Shown: piece after piece, positions 49,587-58,047 of the stretch | How the letters are laid out: every line of letters starts with the position of its first letter | Numbering within the stretch: position 1 is the first letter of the stretch | Program-made: the position numbers and the translations under genes | Notes under the pieces: model-generated | The model's database searches: none | What the model was told of the DNA's origin: nothing | What the model saw: the letters and a program-made list of their open reading frames with translations, nothing else | NCBI GenBank assembly: GCA_000998425.1 | Contig: LCDG01000002.1 | Coordinates: 35,178-99,177, forward strand | Direction of reading: 5' to 3' | Source: Candidatus Nomurabacteria bacterium GW2011_GWC2_42_20 | GTDB taxonomy: Bacteria > Patescibacteriota > Minisyncoccia > Phycocordibacterales > UBA1550 | Length of the DNA: 64,000 nt

Positions 49587-50042
49587 ATGCAATTTCATAT
49601 TCCTCAATACATCGACATAGAAGATAAGCTCTTTGGCCCACTCACACTCAAACAGGCTGTCTATGTCGCTGGCGGTCTCGGTGGGGCGTATCTTGTTTAC
49701 CGTATTATTCCATATACGGTGATAAAGGGTCCAATTATTTTGGGTATCGCGGGACTCACGTGGGCTCTGGCTTTTTACCCAAAAGAAAAGCTTGGTAAAC
49801 CTTTTATCGAGATCCTTGAAGCAGCTTTCAACTACATGGTGCGTGACAAACTTTACACCTGGAAAAAGACCACAAAAGAAGCCACCGCTGGGAAAGAAGA
49901 GGATTTCATTAAGTCGCAGTCTTTTTCCACGCCAACTGTTCCAACAGGAAAACTGTCTAGCACCTCATTCAACCTTGATGTGCGCGGAAAAGAAGAACCC
50001 GAAGAAAAAGTATTGGGAGGAGATGATACAATATTCAAATAA
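49587..50042 (+). CDS. PrgI family (VirB3-like) protein
   Basis: MQFHIPQYIDIEDKLFGPLTLKQ, two TMs. Confidence 0.88.
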   Translation: MQFHIPQYIDIEDKLFGPLTLKQAVYVAGGLGGAYLVYRIIPYTVIKGPIILGIAGLTWALAFYPKEKLGKPFIEILEAAFNYMVRDKLYTWKKTTKEATAGKEEDFIKSQSFSTPTVPTGKLSSTSFNLDVRGKEEPEEKVLGGDDTIFK

Positions 50043-50047
50043 TTAAT

Positions 50048-50704
50048 ATGGCAGTCAAATCAAAAGCAGCACAAGATTTTGTTCCAATCAAGGAAATTCG
50101 CGACGGTGTCGTGATTTTAAAAGACGGAACCATCCGTATGCTTCTCATGGCATCGTCGGTCAACCTAGCGCTTAAATCAGCAGACGAGCAACAGGCTGTT
50201 TTAATGCAATTTCAAAGTTTTCTAAACTCTCTTGAATTTTCAACACAAATTTTCATCCAATCACGCAGGCTAGACATTCGTCCATATATCATTCTGCTTG
50301 AGGAGCGTCTCAAGGAAGAGGTGAACGAGCTTCTAAAAATTCAGATTCGCGAATACATGGGCTTTGTGCAGACCATCGCGCAGTCGACAAACATTATGAG
50401 CAAACTTTTCATTATTGTTGTCCCTTATGCGCCGCCGAAATCTGTCACAAGTAGCTCTCCATCAAGTAGTGGCTTTACAGGACTCTTTGGTAAAAAAGGT
50501 CCTGTAAACACTAAGCCGTCCCAAAGCGCAATTGAAGCCTTCGAGGAAGCTCGAACACAGCTTGAGCAAAGGGCTGGTGTCATTAGTCACGGGCTTGCGC
50601 GTACTGGGGTACGCATAGTCCCGCTTGGCACTGAGGAGCTAACAGAACTCTATTACCGCCTTTTTAATCCAGGGGAGTCAGAGAAGAACGCAAACATTGG
50701 ATAG
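50048..50704 (+). CDS. VirB4-associated protein of the secretion cluster
   Basis: IKEIRDGVVILKDG, VNLALKS.DEQ, FLNSLEF; directly upstream of VirB4. Confidence 0.75.
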   Translation: MAVKSKAAQDFVPIKEIRDGVVILKDGTIRMLLMASSVNLALKSADEQQAVLMQFQSFLNSLEFSTQIFIQSRRLDIRPYIILLEERLKEEVNELLKIQIREYMGFVQTIAQSTNIMSKLFIIVVPYAPPKSVTSSSPSSSGFTGLFGKKGPVNTKPSQSAIEAFEEARTQLEQRAGVISHGLARTGVRIVPLGTEELTELYYRLFNPGESEKNANIG

Positions 50705-50720
50705 CTTTTAGCACACTATT

Positions 50721-52556
50721 ATGATCAATTTTTTTGGAAAAACACAAGCCACACAAACTGACACGAGTAAAAACTCCGTGCCAGTACTACCGCAAGATCT
50801 TTACGCGGATGCAGGTCTAAACCTAGCAGATATTATCGCACCATCTGCTGTAAAAGTAGAATCGAAACAGCTAATTTTGGGTGAAAAATTTGTGCGCTCA
50901 TTTTTCATTACCTCATACCCTAGTGTTGTTTCTGACAACTGGCTTTCTCCTCTCATAAATCTAGATAAAGTTTTTGATATTGCAATATATATTCACCCAG
51001 TCGACACTGCGGCGATTATGAAAAAATTTGAGAAGAAGGTTGCTGAAGTACAAAGCCAGATCAATGTGCGCGAAAGTAAGGGTTTTGTGCGCGACCCAAT
51101 GCTCGAGTCAGCATATCGTGACCTCGAGGAGCTCCGCGACCGCCTCCAGCAGGCACAGGAAAAAATGTTTGATGTTGGCCTTTATTTATCACTCTACGCC
51201 GATACAGAAGAAGGGCTTGGTCATGCAGAAGCGGAAATCAAATCGATGCTCGAGTCGCGTCTCATCTATGTGCGCCCAGCTCTATTCCAGCAAGAAGAAG
51301 CTTTCCAAAGTATTATCCCCGTGAACGAAGACAAAATCGTGGTTACAAAAAAAATCAACTCTGAACCACTTTCGAGCTTCTTCCCATTTGTGTCCTTCGA
51401 CCTTACCTCAGACAAGGGTATTCTGTATGGGATAAATCGCCACAATTCTTCTCTTGTCCTTTTTGACCGTTTCTCTCTAGAGAATTACAATTCGGTTACT
51501 TTCGCAAAATCCGGCTCTGGAAAATCTTTTGCCACCAAGCTAGAAATATTAAGGAGTCTGATGTTTGATGTTGATGTTATTGTTATTGACCCTGAGCGCG
51601 AATATGAATCTATGGCAGAGGCGGTGGGCGGGCGATATTTTAATATTTCTCTCAATTCCAAGCACCACATAAATCCATTTGACCTTCCTGTCCCACGTGA
51701 GGACGAGTCGCCAGCAGACGTCCTCCGAGCTAATATAATTTCCCTTGTTGGGCTTTTTCGCCTCATGCTATCTGGGCTTACCCCAGAGGAAGATTCTATT
51801 GTAGACCGCGCGATCGCTGAGACATACGCGCTCAAAGATATTACCCCTGACTCCGACTTTTCTGCAATCGAACCACCACTGCTCTCAGACTTTGAAATGG
51901 TCCTCTCTGGGATGGAAGGCGCGGAGTCAATCCTAACAAAACTCACAAAATACACTCGTGGCTCGTGGGCAGGGTTTATCAACCAGCCGTCAAACGTTGA
52001 CATAAACCGAAAATTTATCGTTTTTTCAGTGCGTGATATGGAGGACGACCTGAAGCCAGTTGCAATGTATCTAGTTACGCACTTTATTTGGAATGCTGTT
52101 CGTCGCACTCTCCGCAAACGACTTCTCGTAGTAGATGAAGCGTGGTGGATGATGAAGTCTGACGATACTGCCGCATTTCTATACGCTCTTGCAAAGAGAG
52201 GCCGCAAATACTACCTCGGTATTTCTACAATCACCCAAGATGTAACAGACTTCCTAAAATCCCCATATGGTCTGCCTATTATGACCAACTCTTCCATCCA
52301 AATACTTTTAAAACAATCTCCTACATCTATTGACGCGGTCCAAAAAGCATTCAATCTAACGGACGAAGAAAAATTCCTCCTTCTGGAGTCTGGTGTTGGG
52401 GAAGGGATCTTTTTCGCAGGAATGAAACATGTTGCTATCCGAACAATAGCATCCTACACAGAGGAGCAGATTATTACGTCGGACCCGTCACAAATTCTCG
52501 CTATTAAAAAGGCAAAGCGTGAACTTGCTGAAGCAGAGGCAAAAACAGGTCTATAG
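50721..52556 (+). CDS. VirB4/TraC-like ATPase
   Basis: LYGIN, Walker A AKSGSGKS, IDPEREY, INPFD, Walker B LVVDEAW, RGRKY, ITQD. Confidence 0.92.
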   Translation: MINFFGKTQATQTDTSKNSVPVLPQDLYADAGLNLADIIAPSAVKVESKQLILGEKFVRSFFITSYPSVVSDNWLSPLINLDKVFDIAIYIHPVDTAAIMKKFEKKVAEVQSQINVRESKGFVRDPMLESAYRDLEELRDRLQQAQEKMFDVGLYLSLYADTEEGLGHAEAEIKSMLESRLIYVRPALFQQEEAFQSIIPVNEDKIVVTKKINSEPLSSFFPFVSFDLTSDKGILYGINRHNSSLVLFDRFSLENYNSVTFAKSGSGKSFATKLEILRSLMFDVDVIVIDPEREYESMAEAVGGRYFNISLNSKHHINPFDLPVPREDESPADVLRANIISLVGLFRLMLSGLTPEEDSIVDRAIAETYALKDITPDSDFSAIEPPLLSDFEMVLSGMEGAESILTKLTKYTRGSWAGFINQPSNVDINRKFIVFSVRDMEDDLKPVAMYLVTHFIWNAVRRTLRKRLLVVDEAWWMMKSDDTAAFLYALAKRGRKYYLGISTITQDVTDFLKSPYGLPIMTNSSIQILLKQSPTSIDAVQKAFNLTDEEKFLLLESGVGEGIFFAGMKHVAIRTIASYTEEQIITSDPSQILAIKKAKRELAEAEAKTGL

Positions 52557-52627
52557 ATACTTGTGTAGATTATTTGATGTGCAAATTTGTTGGACTTCCA
52601 GCTGGTGTTCGCGGTATACTAAGTCAT

Positions 52628-53749
52628 ATGTATTCAATGCGTAGTGTTGCACTAAGCGCTCTTTTAGGTGGTTTTATTTTTACGCCGTTATTTGCCTTTG
52701 CTCAAACATCCACAACAACAGCAGAGCAGCCTGTGAGCCAGCTTCAACAACAGATAGACCAGCTTATTCGTGATCGCATGAATTCCATGCCAACGACAGA
52801 GGAGATTCGCGCAAGCTCTATTCGTAATTACCTAGAGGTAAAAACGATTCCAGAAACCCCTGGGCCATCAGAAATGGTGCGCGTTTCTATCGAGAGCTAC
52901 CTCACCGACCTTAACAAGGCCACAATAAGCTGGTCTCTCAACGGGAAGGTTGTTGATCGTGGAGTTGGTAGAAAATCATTTTCTTTTCAGAACGGTCCTT
53001 CCGGTAAAACCACCCGCTTAACCATCTCGATTACAACAAATGCTGGTGAATATATAACGAAGGAATTTTCTTGGAATCCTGTCGGCCTCACAATTCTTTG
53101 GGAAGCAGACACATACACGCCTCCTTTTTATAAAGGAAAGGCTCTACTGACCGCACAAGCAAACGTAAAAGCTGTTGCAATCCCTGACAATACCGATGGG
53201 CAAAACGCTCTAAGTGCTGGAAATTTTGTATATGTTTGGGAAAAGGATGGTGTGGTGGTATCCGAATCTTCTGGCTATGGAAAAAACTTTTTTTCATTTA
53301 CAGCACCAAAACCTTACGGGGACGCGAAAGTAAAAGTTAAAGCTTCTTCAGTAAACAACTCAATAAACTCCGAGACTCGAGTTAATCTTTCCCTTTCCCA
53401 GCCAGTTATTTTATTCTATGAAAAAAACCCCCTATTAGGTGTTTTGTACAATCAACCATTTGGCACAGAAACAACATTGAATAAAAAGGAATTTACTGTC
53501 GTTGCGGAGCCATATTTCTTTTCAAGAGAAGCGAGTGAGACGCCAGCTTTCAAATATGACTGGGCTGTCAACAACAAAGCAACTCAGAGTTACGGTCGAT
53601 CAATAACACTTAGAAATGACACTGGTGTAAAAGGAGAGTCTGCCATTTCTCTATCAATGCGTGGACTTAAACAAACCTTTCAAAATGCGAGCAAAGAACT
53701 TAGGGTTCAATTTACTGGCGGAGAGACCTCAGACCGTCCGATATTTTAA
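52628..53749 (+). CDS. Secreted beta-rich (Ig-like repeat) protein
   Basis: Signal peptide; WEADTYTPPFYKGK, Y.W motifs; TATACT 7 nt before ATG. Confidence 0.8.
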   Translation: MYSMRSVALSALLGGFIFTPLFAFAQTSTTTAEQPVSQLQQQIDQLIRDRMNSMPTTEEIRASSIRNYLEVKTIPETPGPSEMVRVSIESYLTDLNKATISWSLNGKVVDRGVGRKSFSFQNGPSGKTTRLTISITTNAGEYITKEFSWNPVGLTILWEADTYTPPFYKGKALLTAQANVKAVAIPDNTDGQNALSAGNFVYVWEKDGVVVSESSGYGKNFFSFTAPKPYGDAKVKVKASSVNNSINSETRVNLSLSQPVILFYEKNPLLGVLYNQPFGTETTLNKKEFTVVAEPYFFSREASETPAFKYDWAVNNKATQSYGRSITLRNDTGVKGESAISLSMRGLKQTFQNASKELRVQFTGGETSDRPIF

Positions 53750-53755
53750 ACTACC

Positions 53756-54601
53756 ATGAAATACGTATTATCAATTTTTATTGGAATCATCTTTACAACT
53801 CTCTTTGGAGTATTTGTCGCCCACGCCCAAAACTACACCCCACTGGCGCCACTCCCACTTGGTGAAGGCGGTACACCACTTACTACTTACACAATTAGCT
53901 CATACCTCGGTGGGATGCTCAAGCTACTCATCGCTCTCGGTGCGGGAGTCTCGATACTTGTTGCTATCATTGGTGGCACTCAATACGTTGCTGCGGGTAT
54001 AGCTCCTAGCGCAAAACAGGACGCAAAGGAGCGTATTTTGAACGCACTAATTGGGCTTACTCTCGTTTTGACGTCATATCTCATTTTAAACTCTATCAAC
54101 CCAGGCCTGGTGCAGTTTAATTTTAGCTTACCTCCAATAGGGACAAGTCCGATGGCTACGACGACGCCCATAGTAGCAGAACCATGGCCAGACGATGCCT
54201 CAGAGCGCGCGCAGCTTGCAAGTAAAAATATTATGGTCACGGGAACAAAGACATCTACAACTTGCAAAACAATATGGGAAAAAGGGTGCACAAGTGTTTA
54301 TCAATTAGGGTCAGGTGCGATAAGTGGTCTTTTATCCCTAAAAGATTCGTGTTTGAGTTGTGCTATTGTTGTTACAGGTGGTACTGAATATTGGAGCCAT
54401 AGCGTGAACACAGCACATAGGCCAGGAAACTCGGTGGTTGACATTGATAATGGCAGTTCCGCACTTAACCAAAAAATTAGGTCCGGGACATCTCTAGGTG
54501 TTCAGTCCTCATGCAGTAGTCTTGGTGTTGCATATCGGCTTACTGGTCCAGGAGCGGGTCTATATGTGGACGAGGGAAACCACTGGCATGTTTGTTACTA
54601 A
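53756..54601 (+). CDS. VirB2/TrbC-like pilin domain fused to a putative Zn-peptidase (M15/LAS-like) domain
   Basis: Same pilin module as 43174-44784; C-domain VTGGTE..SH....H.PG...VD...NHWHV. Confidence 0.72.
   Translation: MKYVLSIFIGIIFTTLFGVFVAHAQNYTPLAPLPLGEGGTPLTTYTISSYLGGMLKLLIALGAGVSILVAIIGGTQYVAAGIAPSAKQDAKERILNALIGLTLVLTSYLILNSINPGLVQFNFSLPPIGTSPMATTTPIVAEPWPDDASERAQLASKNIMVTGTKTSTTCKTIWEKGCTSVYQLGSGAISGLLSLKDSCLSCAIVVTGGTEYWSHSVNTAHRPGNSVVDIDNGSSALNQKIRSGTSLGVQSSCSSLGVAYRLTGPGAGLYVDEGNHWHVCY
53901..54144 (+). repeat. 244-bp inverted repeat, right copy
   Basis: Reverse complement of 44396-44639, about 93% identical. Confidence 0.92.
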
Positions 54602-54610
54602 AATACAATT

Positions 54611-55930
54611 ATGAACCGAAAAACACTTATTATCATAATCTCACTTATCATCCTTGTTAGTATTGGAGGATATTTCTTTTTGTCTAAAAAAGCTCCTGTG
54701 GCCACACCGATAGATGGCACTTTCCCTGGGGGTGGTGGTTCATTTACTGGAACAGGCAGTATGGGTGGCGACGATACTCTATCAGGCGGTGATGCATTCA
54801 TCCCAGGGTCAAGCATGCCTCTCCCACGCCTTTATGAGCTACATAAGGTTCCAGTAGCTGGTATAGGATTTATAGAGGAAGGAAAGAGCCCAAACAACAC
54901 TATTGTTGCCCGCTATATTGAGCGCGGACTTGGGCATATATACGAGACTCAGCTTGCCACACTTGTTGAATCTCGTATTGTAAACGAAACTCGTCCACGT
55001 ATTATGGAAGCATTGTGGGGTAATGGTGGTAAAAGTGTTGTTGTTAGATTTATTGACGACAAAGATGGTTTCTCAGTTGTAAAAACAAATATCGTTAACG
55101 TTGGAGGGATTACCACATCATTTGCTCGTAGCACATCAACAGAAATGATATCTGATTTTATAACGACAGAAGAGACAAGCCTCCCCGACCATATCCCATT
55201 CATGGCGACGGTTGAGGATGGTGGAAATAAAATTTTTTATCTCGAGAACGGAGTTAATGCTTCTACTGGGGCCCTAGCGACATTTAATGATTTTAGTGTT
55301 TCGACAATATTTAGTTCCTCTTTTACAGAGTGGCTTCCTCAGTTCCCAAACCAAAACCTTATTACACTAACCACAAGACCTTCAGCAAAAGTAGCCGGAC
55401 ATCTTTTCTTTATAAGCCCAAAGAATAAATCGGTTACAAAAATTCTTGGCGGAATAAATGGCCTCACCACACTCACTAGTCGTGACGGGAAACATGTCCT
55501 CTTTGCGGAGACGATGGGGGATGCGCCAGAACTCTCTGTGTATGATGTCGCAAACAAGAACACCAATCATTTCCTACTACACACACTTCCTGAAAAATGT
55601 GTGTGGGGTTCCAAAAATTCAACTATGGCATACTGCGCTATCCCTCAAAGCATCCCCGTAGCGACATACCCTGACCAGTGGTACCAAGGTCTTGTAGCAT
55701 TTTCAGATGCTTTGTGGAGTATAGACACAGAGACAGGTGATGTTGCAAAGATTATGACTCCTGGCGACTATAGAGCCGCTAATCTTGATATGATTAACCT
55801 AGCTCTTTCGTCAGACGATTCACATCTCGTATTTATGAATAAAACATCTGGGACACCATGGGTGTATCGTATTGCGGAAATATCTACACCCACGACAGAT
55901 ATATCAACAACAACTGTTTCTGGTATGTAG
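54611..55930 (+). CDS. Membrane-anchored putative beta-propeller protein
   Basis: N-terminal TM; ERGLGHIY, TLPEKCVW, YCAIP, PDQWYQG...SDALW. Confidence 0.8.
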   Translation: MNRKTLIIIISLIILVSIGGYFFLSKKAPVATPIDGTFPGGGGSFTGTGSMGGDDTLSGGDAFIPGSSMPLPRLYELHKVPVAGIGFIEEGKSPNNTIVARYIERGLGHIYETQLATLVESRIVNETRPRIMEALWGNGGKSVVVRFIDDKDGFSVVKTNIVNVGGITTSFARSTSTEMISDFITTEETSLPDHIPFMATVEDGGNKIFYLENGVNASTGALATFNDFSVSTIFSSSFTEWLPQFPNQNLITLTTRPSAKVAGHLFFISPKNKSVTKILGGINGLTTLTSRDGKHVLFAETMGDAPELSVYDVANKNTNHFLLHTLPEKCVWGSKNSTMAYCAIPQSIPVATYPDQWYQGLVAFSDALWSIDTETGDVAKIMTPGDYRAANLDMINLALSSDDSHLVFMNKTSGTPWVYRIAEISTPTTDISTTTVSGM

Positions 55931-55948
55931 AGACTTGCGTAGCCAGAA

Positions 55949-55992
55949 AATAAAAACACCTAGACAATCTAGATTGTCTAGGTGTTTTTATT
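55949..55992. terminator. Perfect 44-bp loopless palindrome centred on TCTAGA
   Basis: AATAAAAACACCTAGACAATCT|AGATTGTCTAGGTGTTTTTATT. Confidence 0.75.
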
Positions 55993-56147
55993 AGCGACGT
56001 AGAGCGAGCGAAGTGAGAATGTACTCATTCACACTTCCGAGCCGAGGAGTTAATATAGGTAAATACCGCGTGGTATCTGCCACGCTTTTGCACGAGCGAA
56101 ACGAGTCCAAACATTACCCTGCGGTCTTTGCCGCAGGGACCTATATT
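55989..56147 (+). repeat. Composite palindromic element (family A + family B)
   Basis: tattagcgacgtaga...ttccgagccgaggagttaata shares ends with 7041-7158; 56052-56147 homologous to 26381-26505. Confidence 0.85.
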
Positions 56148-56157
56148 TTCTGGTTGC

Positions 56158-56886
56158 TTAGTCTTTGATCTCCTCTGCTTTTCTCTTTACATAAAGCTCG
56201 TGTCCAATTGAAAATAGATTGCTTGTTGTCCAATATAGAGCCACTGCTGCTGAAATAGAGTAGGAGATACCGAAAACTATCACAGGCAACATATATCGCA
56301 TCTGTACATTAAAACTCCTTGCAAAATCATCTTTAAACGACGGTTTTGCCCCTTTTTCAGCTGGCGCCATTGGGGGAATAGAAAGCTTAATCTGATAATA
56401 CTGAGTGATTGCCGCAAGCAGTGCGAGGATTATGCTTTTTTTAGAGAGAACAATTCCCAAGAACATCATGCTGACGACTGAAGGCACATGAACGAATGAG
56501 TATAGGTGTTCTGGGTTGAGGTTTGGTAGACCTTTGAAAAATACAAAGTAAAGCGCAAAAATAACTGGAAGTTGTATTAAAACAAGAAGACACCCAGAAA
56601 ATGGATTTATCCCGTGCTCCTTGTAGAGCTCCATTGTTTTGCGAGCCTGCTCTTGCTTGTTGTCCTTATGTTTTTCTTTTAGTTTCTCGAGATGTGGCGC
56701 AAGAGATCGCATTTTTGCTTGCGACACAACAGACTTATGAGACAAAGGAAGAAGCACTGATCGCACAACAACAGTAAGTATAATAATGGCAACCCCAACG
56801 TTTGCCCCTGGAACAGCTGCAAGTATTAAAACAAGTGTATTATATAGGGGCTTATAAAAAACCGTCGAAAAAAATCCTGATTCCAT
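56158..56886 (-). CDS. yidC: Membrane protein insertase YidC (short form)
   Basis: GVAIIILTVVVR, GINPFSGCL..LIQLP, ALYWTTSNLF. Confidence 0.95.
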   Translation of the reverse strand: MESGFFSTVFYKPLYNTLVLILAAVPGANVGVAIIILTVVVRSVLLPLSHKSVVSQAKMRSLAPHLEKLKEKHKDNKQEQARKTMELYKEHGINPFSGCLLVLIQLPVIFALYFVFFKGLPNLNPEHLYSFVHVPSVVSMMFLGIVLSKKSIILALLAAITQYYQIKLSIPPMAPAEKGAKPSFKDDFARSFNVQMRYMLPVIVFGISYSISAAVALYWTTSNLFSIGHELYVKRKAEEIKD

Positions 56887-56952
56887 TTGAGTATACTAGC
56901 GTAAATAGTTCTTTTTAGGAAGAGGTAAAATATCCTGCTCTATGACTTGTGG

Positions 56953-57183
56953 TTAGTGAAGTGGGTCTATATGATTCTTTTGCCATGGGTGGCAACGGAG
57001 GATGCGACGGAAGCCCATAAAAAGCCCTTTAGTTGCTCCATATTTAGACACAGCCTGCTTTGTGTATTCTGAGCATGTTGGATAAAAAACACAAGTTGTT
57101 CCTTTCTTAAGAGAAAGTACCCCAGTGTCTAGGGATAGAAACTTTTGATAAAAGTTTATGGTGGAAATAACAATTTTTCGCAT
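56953..57183 (-). CDS. yidD: Membrane protein insertion efficiency factor
   Basis: CVFYPTCSEY, RILRCHPW. Confidence 0.95.
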   Translation of the reverse strand: MRKIVISTINFYQKFLSLDTGVLSLKKGTTCVFYPTCSEYTKQAVSKYGATKGLFMGFRRILRCHPWQKNHIDPLH

Positions 57184-57188
57184 AAATG

Positions 57189-57560
57189 CTATTTAATTAA
57201 CTTCGCCAACCTAAACGCTTTTTCTACTTCTCGGCTTAACTCCTCAAAAGTTGCTTTGTGCGCATCAATCTTGGGATAAACAACAATTGTTGTTGGTGTA
57301 AGTAATTTTTTAAAGTTTTGATCTAACAATTCATAAAACCTACGTCTTAGCCTGTTTCTTACAACAGCAGTTTTGGCTGTTTTTTTTGAGACTACTACCG
57401 ACGCACGACTTTCTAAGCCACATCGTTCGCATCCTGATGGTATTCCTTTGTTGCTGGGCTTGTAGAAAACCGCTGAAAAAAACGGTGAAAAGGTCCTAAA
57501 CCCCTGCATCTTATGTGTAGGGAAGTCCTTTCTTAGGATGCGGTTCTTGCTAGGAAGCAT
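57189..57560 (-). CDS. rnpA: Ribonuclease P protein component with loop insertion
   Basis: VVSKK.AKTAVVRNRLRRR RNR motif; synteny rpmH-rnpA-yidD-yidC. Confidence 0.93.
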   Translation of the reverse strand: MLPSKNRILRKDFPTHKMQGFRTFSPFFSAVFYKPSNKGIPSGCERCGLESRASVVVSKKTAKTAVVRNRLRRRFYELLDQNFKKLLTPTTIVVYPKIDAHKATFEELSREVEKAFRLAKLIK

Positions 57561-57562
57561 TT

Positions 57563-57646
57563 AGATTGAATTTTGAATGTAGGATATTGGATATCGAATG
57601 GATGTGGGCCCAATTCTACATTCTAGCTTCAATATTCAATATTCCA
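57563..57646. repeat. Inverted heptamer arrays between rpmH and rnpA
   Basis: ttgaattttgaatgtaggatattggatatcgaat...gggccc...ttctacattctagcttcaatattcaatattccac. Confidence 0.75.
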
Positions 57647-57650
57647 CCCC

Positions 57651-57788
57651 CTACACCGTAGTTACACGCTTGCGCCCTTTTTGGCGACGCGCTTTCAAGA
57701 TATCGCGACCGCTTTTTGTTTCTGAGCGAACAAGAAAACCATGGGTTGTAGCGCGCTTTTTCTTCTTTGGTTGGTATGTTTGAGACAT
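57651..57788 (-). CDS. rpmH: 50S ribosomal protein L34
   Basis: Manual translation [45 protein letters not shown]; not in ORF track. Confidence 0.96.
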   Translation of the reverse strand: MSQTYQPKKKKRATTHGFLVRSETKSGRDILKARRQKGRKRVTTV

Positions 57789-57946
57789 AGTAGATACACT
57801 GTACACTATTTCTATAAAAAATCAAGATTGGTTCTATAGGCTTGCCCTCTTGTTTTTTTAGTATTCTAATATGTACTAAATTTCCTAAATAGTGCTCTTT
57901 GACATACAATACGCTGGTTAAGGTGTCAGAAAGCTGTGAGCTTTTA

Positions 57947-57966
57947 ATATCCACATGTTATCCACA
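57947..57966 (+). promoter_or_regulatory. DnaA boxes upstream of dnaA
   Basis: ATATCCACA-tg-TTATCCACA. Confidence 0.75.
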
Positions 57967-58047
57967 CTGAATTCACCAACTCTTCCACTGTTGCACCTTT
58001 TTATATTTGCCTGACTCAGAATATAATAGAGTGACTGAAACAACCCT

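Noticed and set aside
44396-54144. Diversity-generating retroelement TR/VR pair
   Set aside because: Mismatches are almost all synonymous third positions and not adenine-specific, both copies are N-terminal coding regions, and there is no reverse transcriptase in the window.
44881-55930. Integrative conjugative element or prophage
   Set aside because: No integrase, relaxase, att repeats or phage genes; embedded among origin-proximal housekeeping genes.
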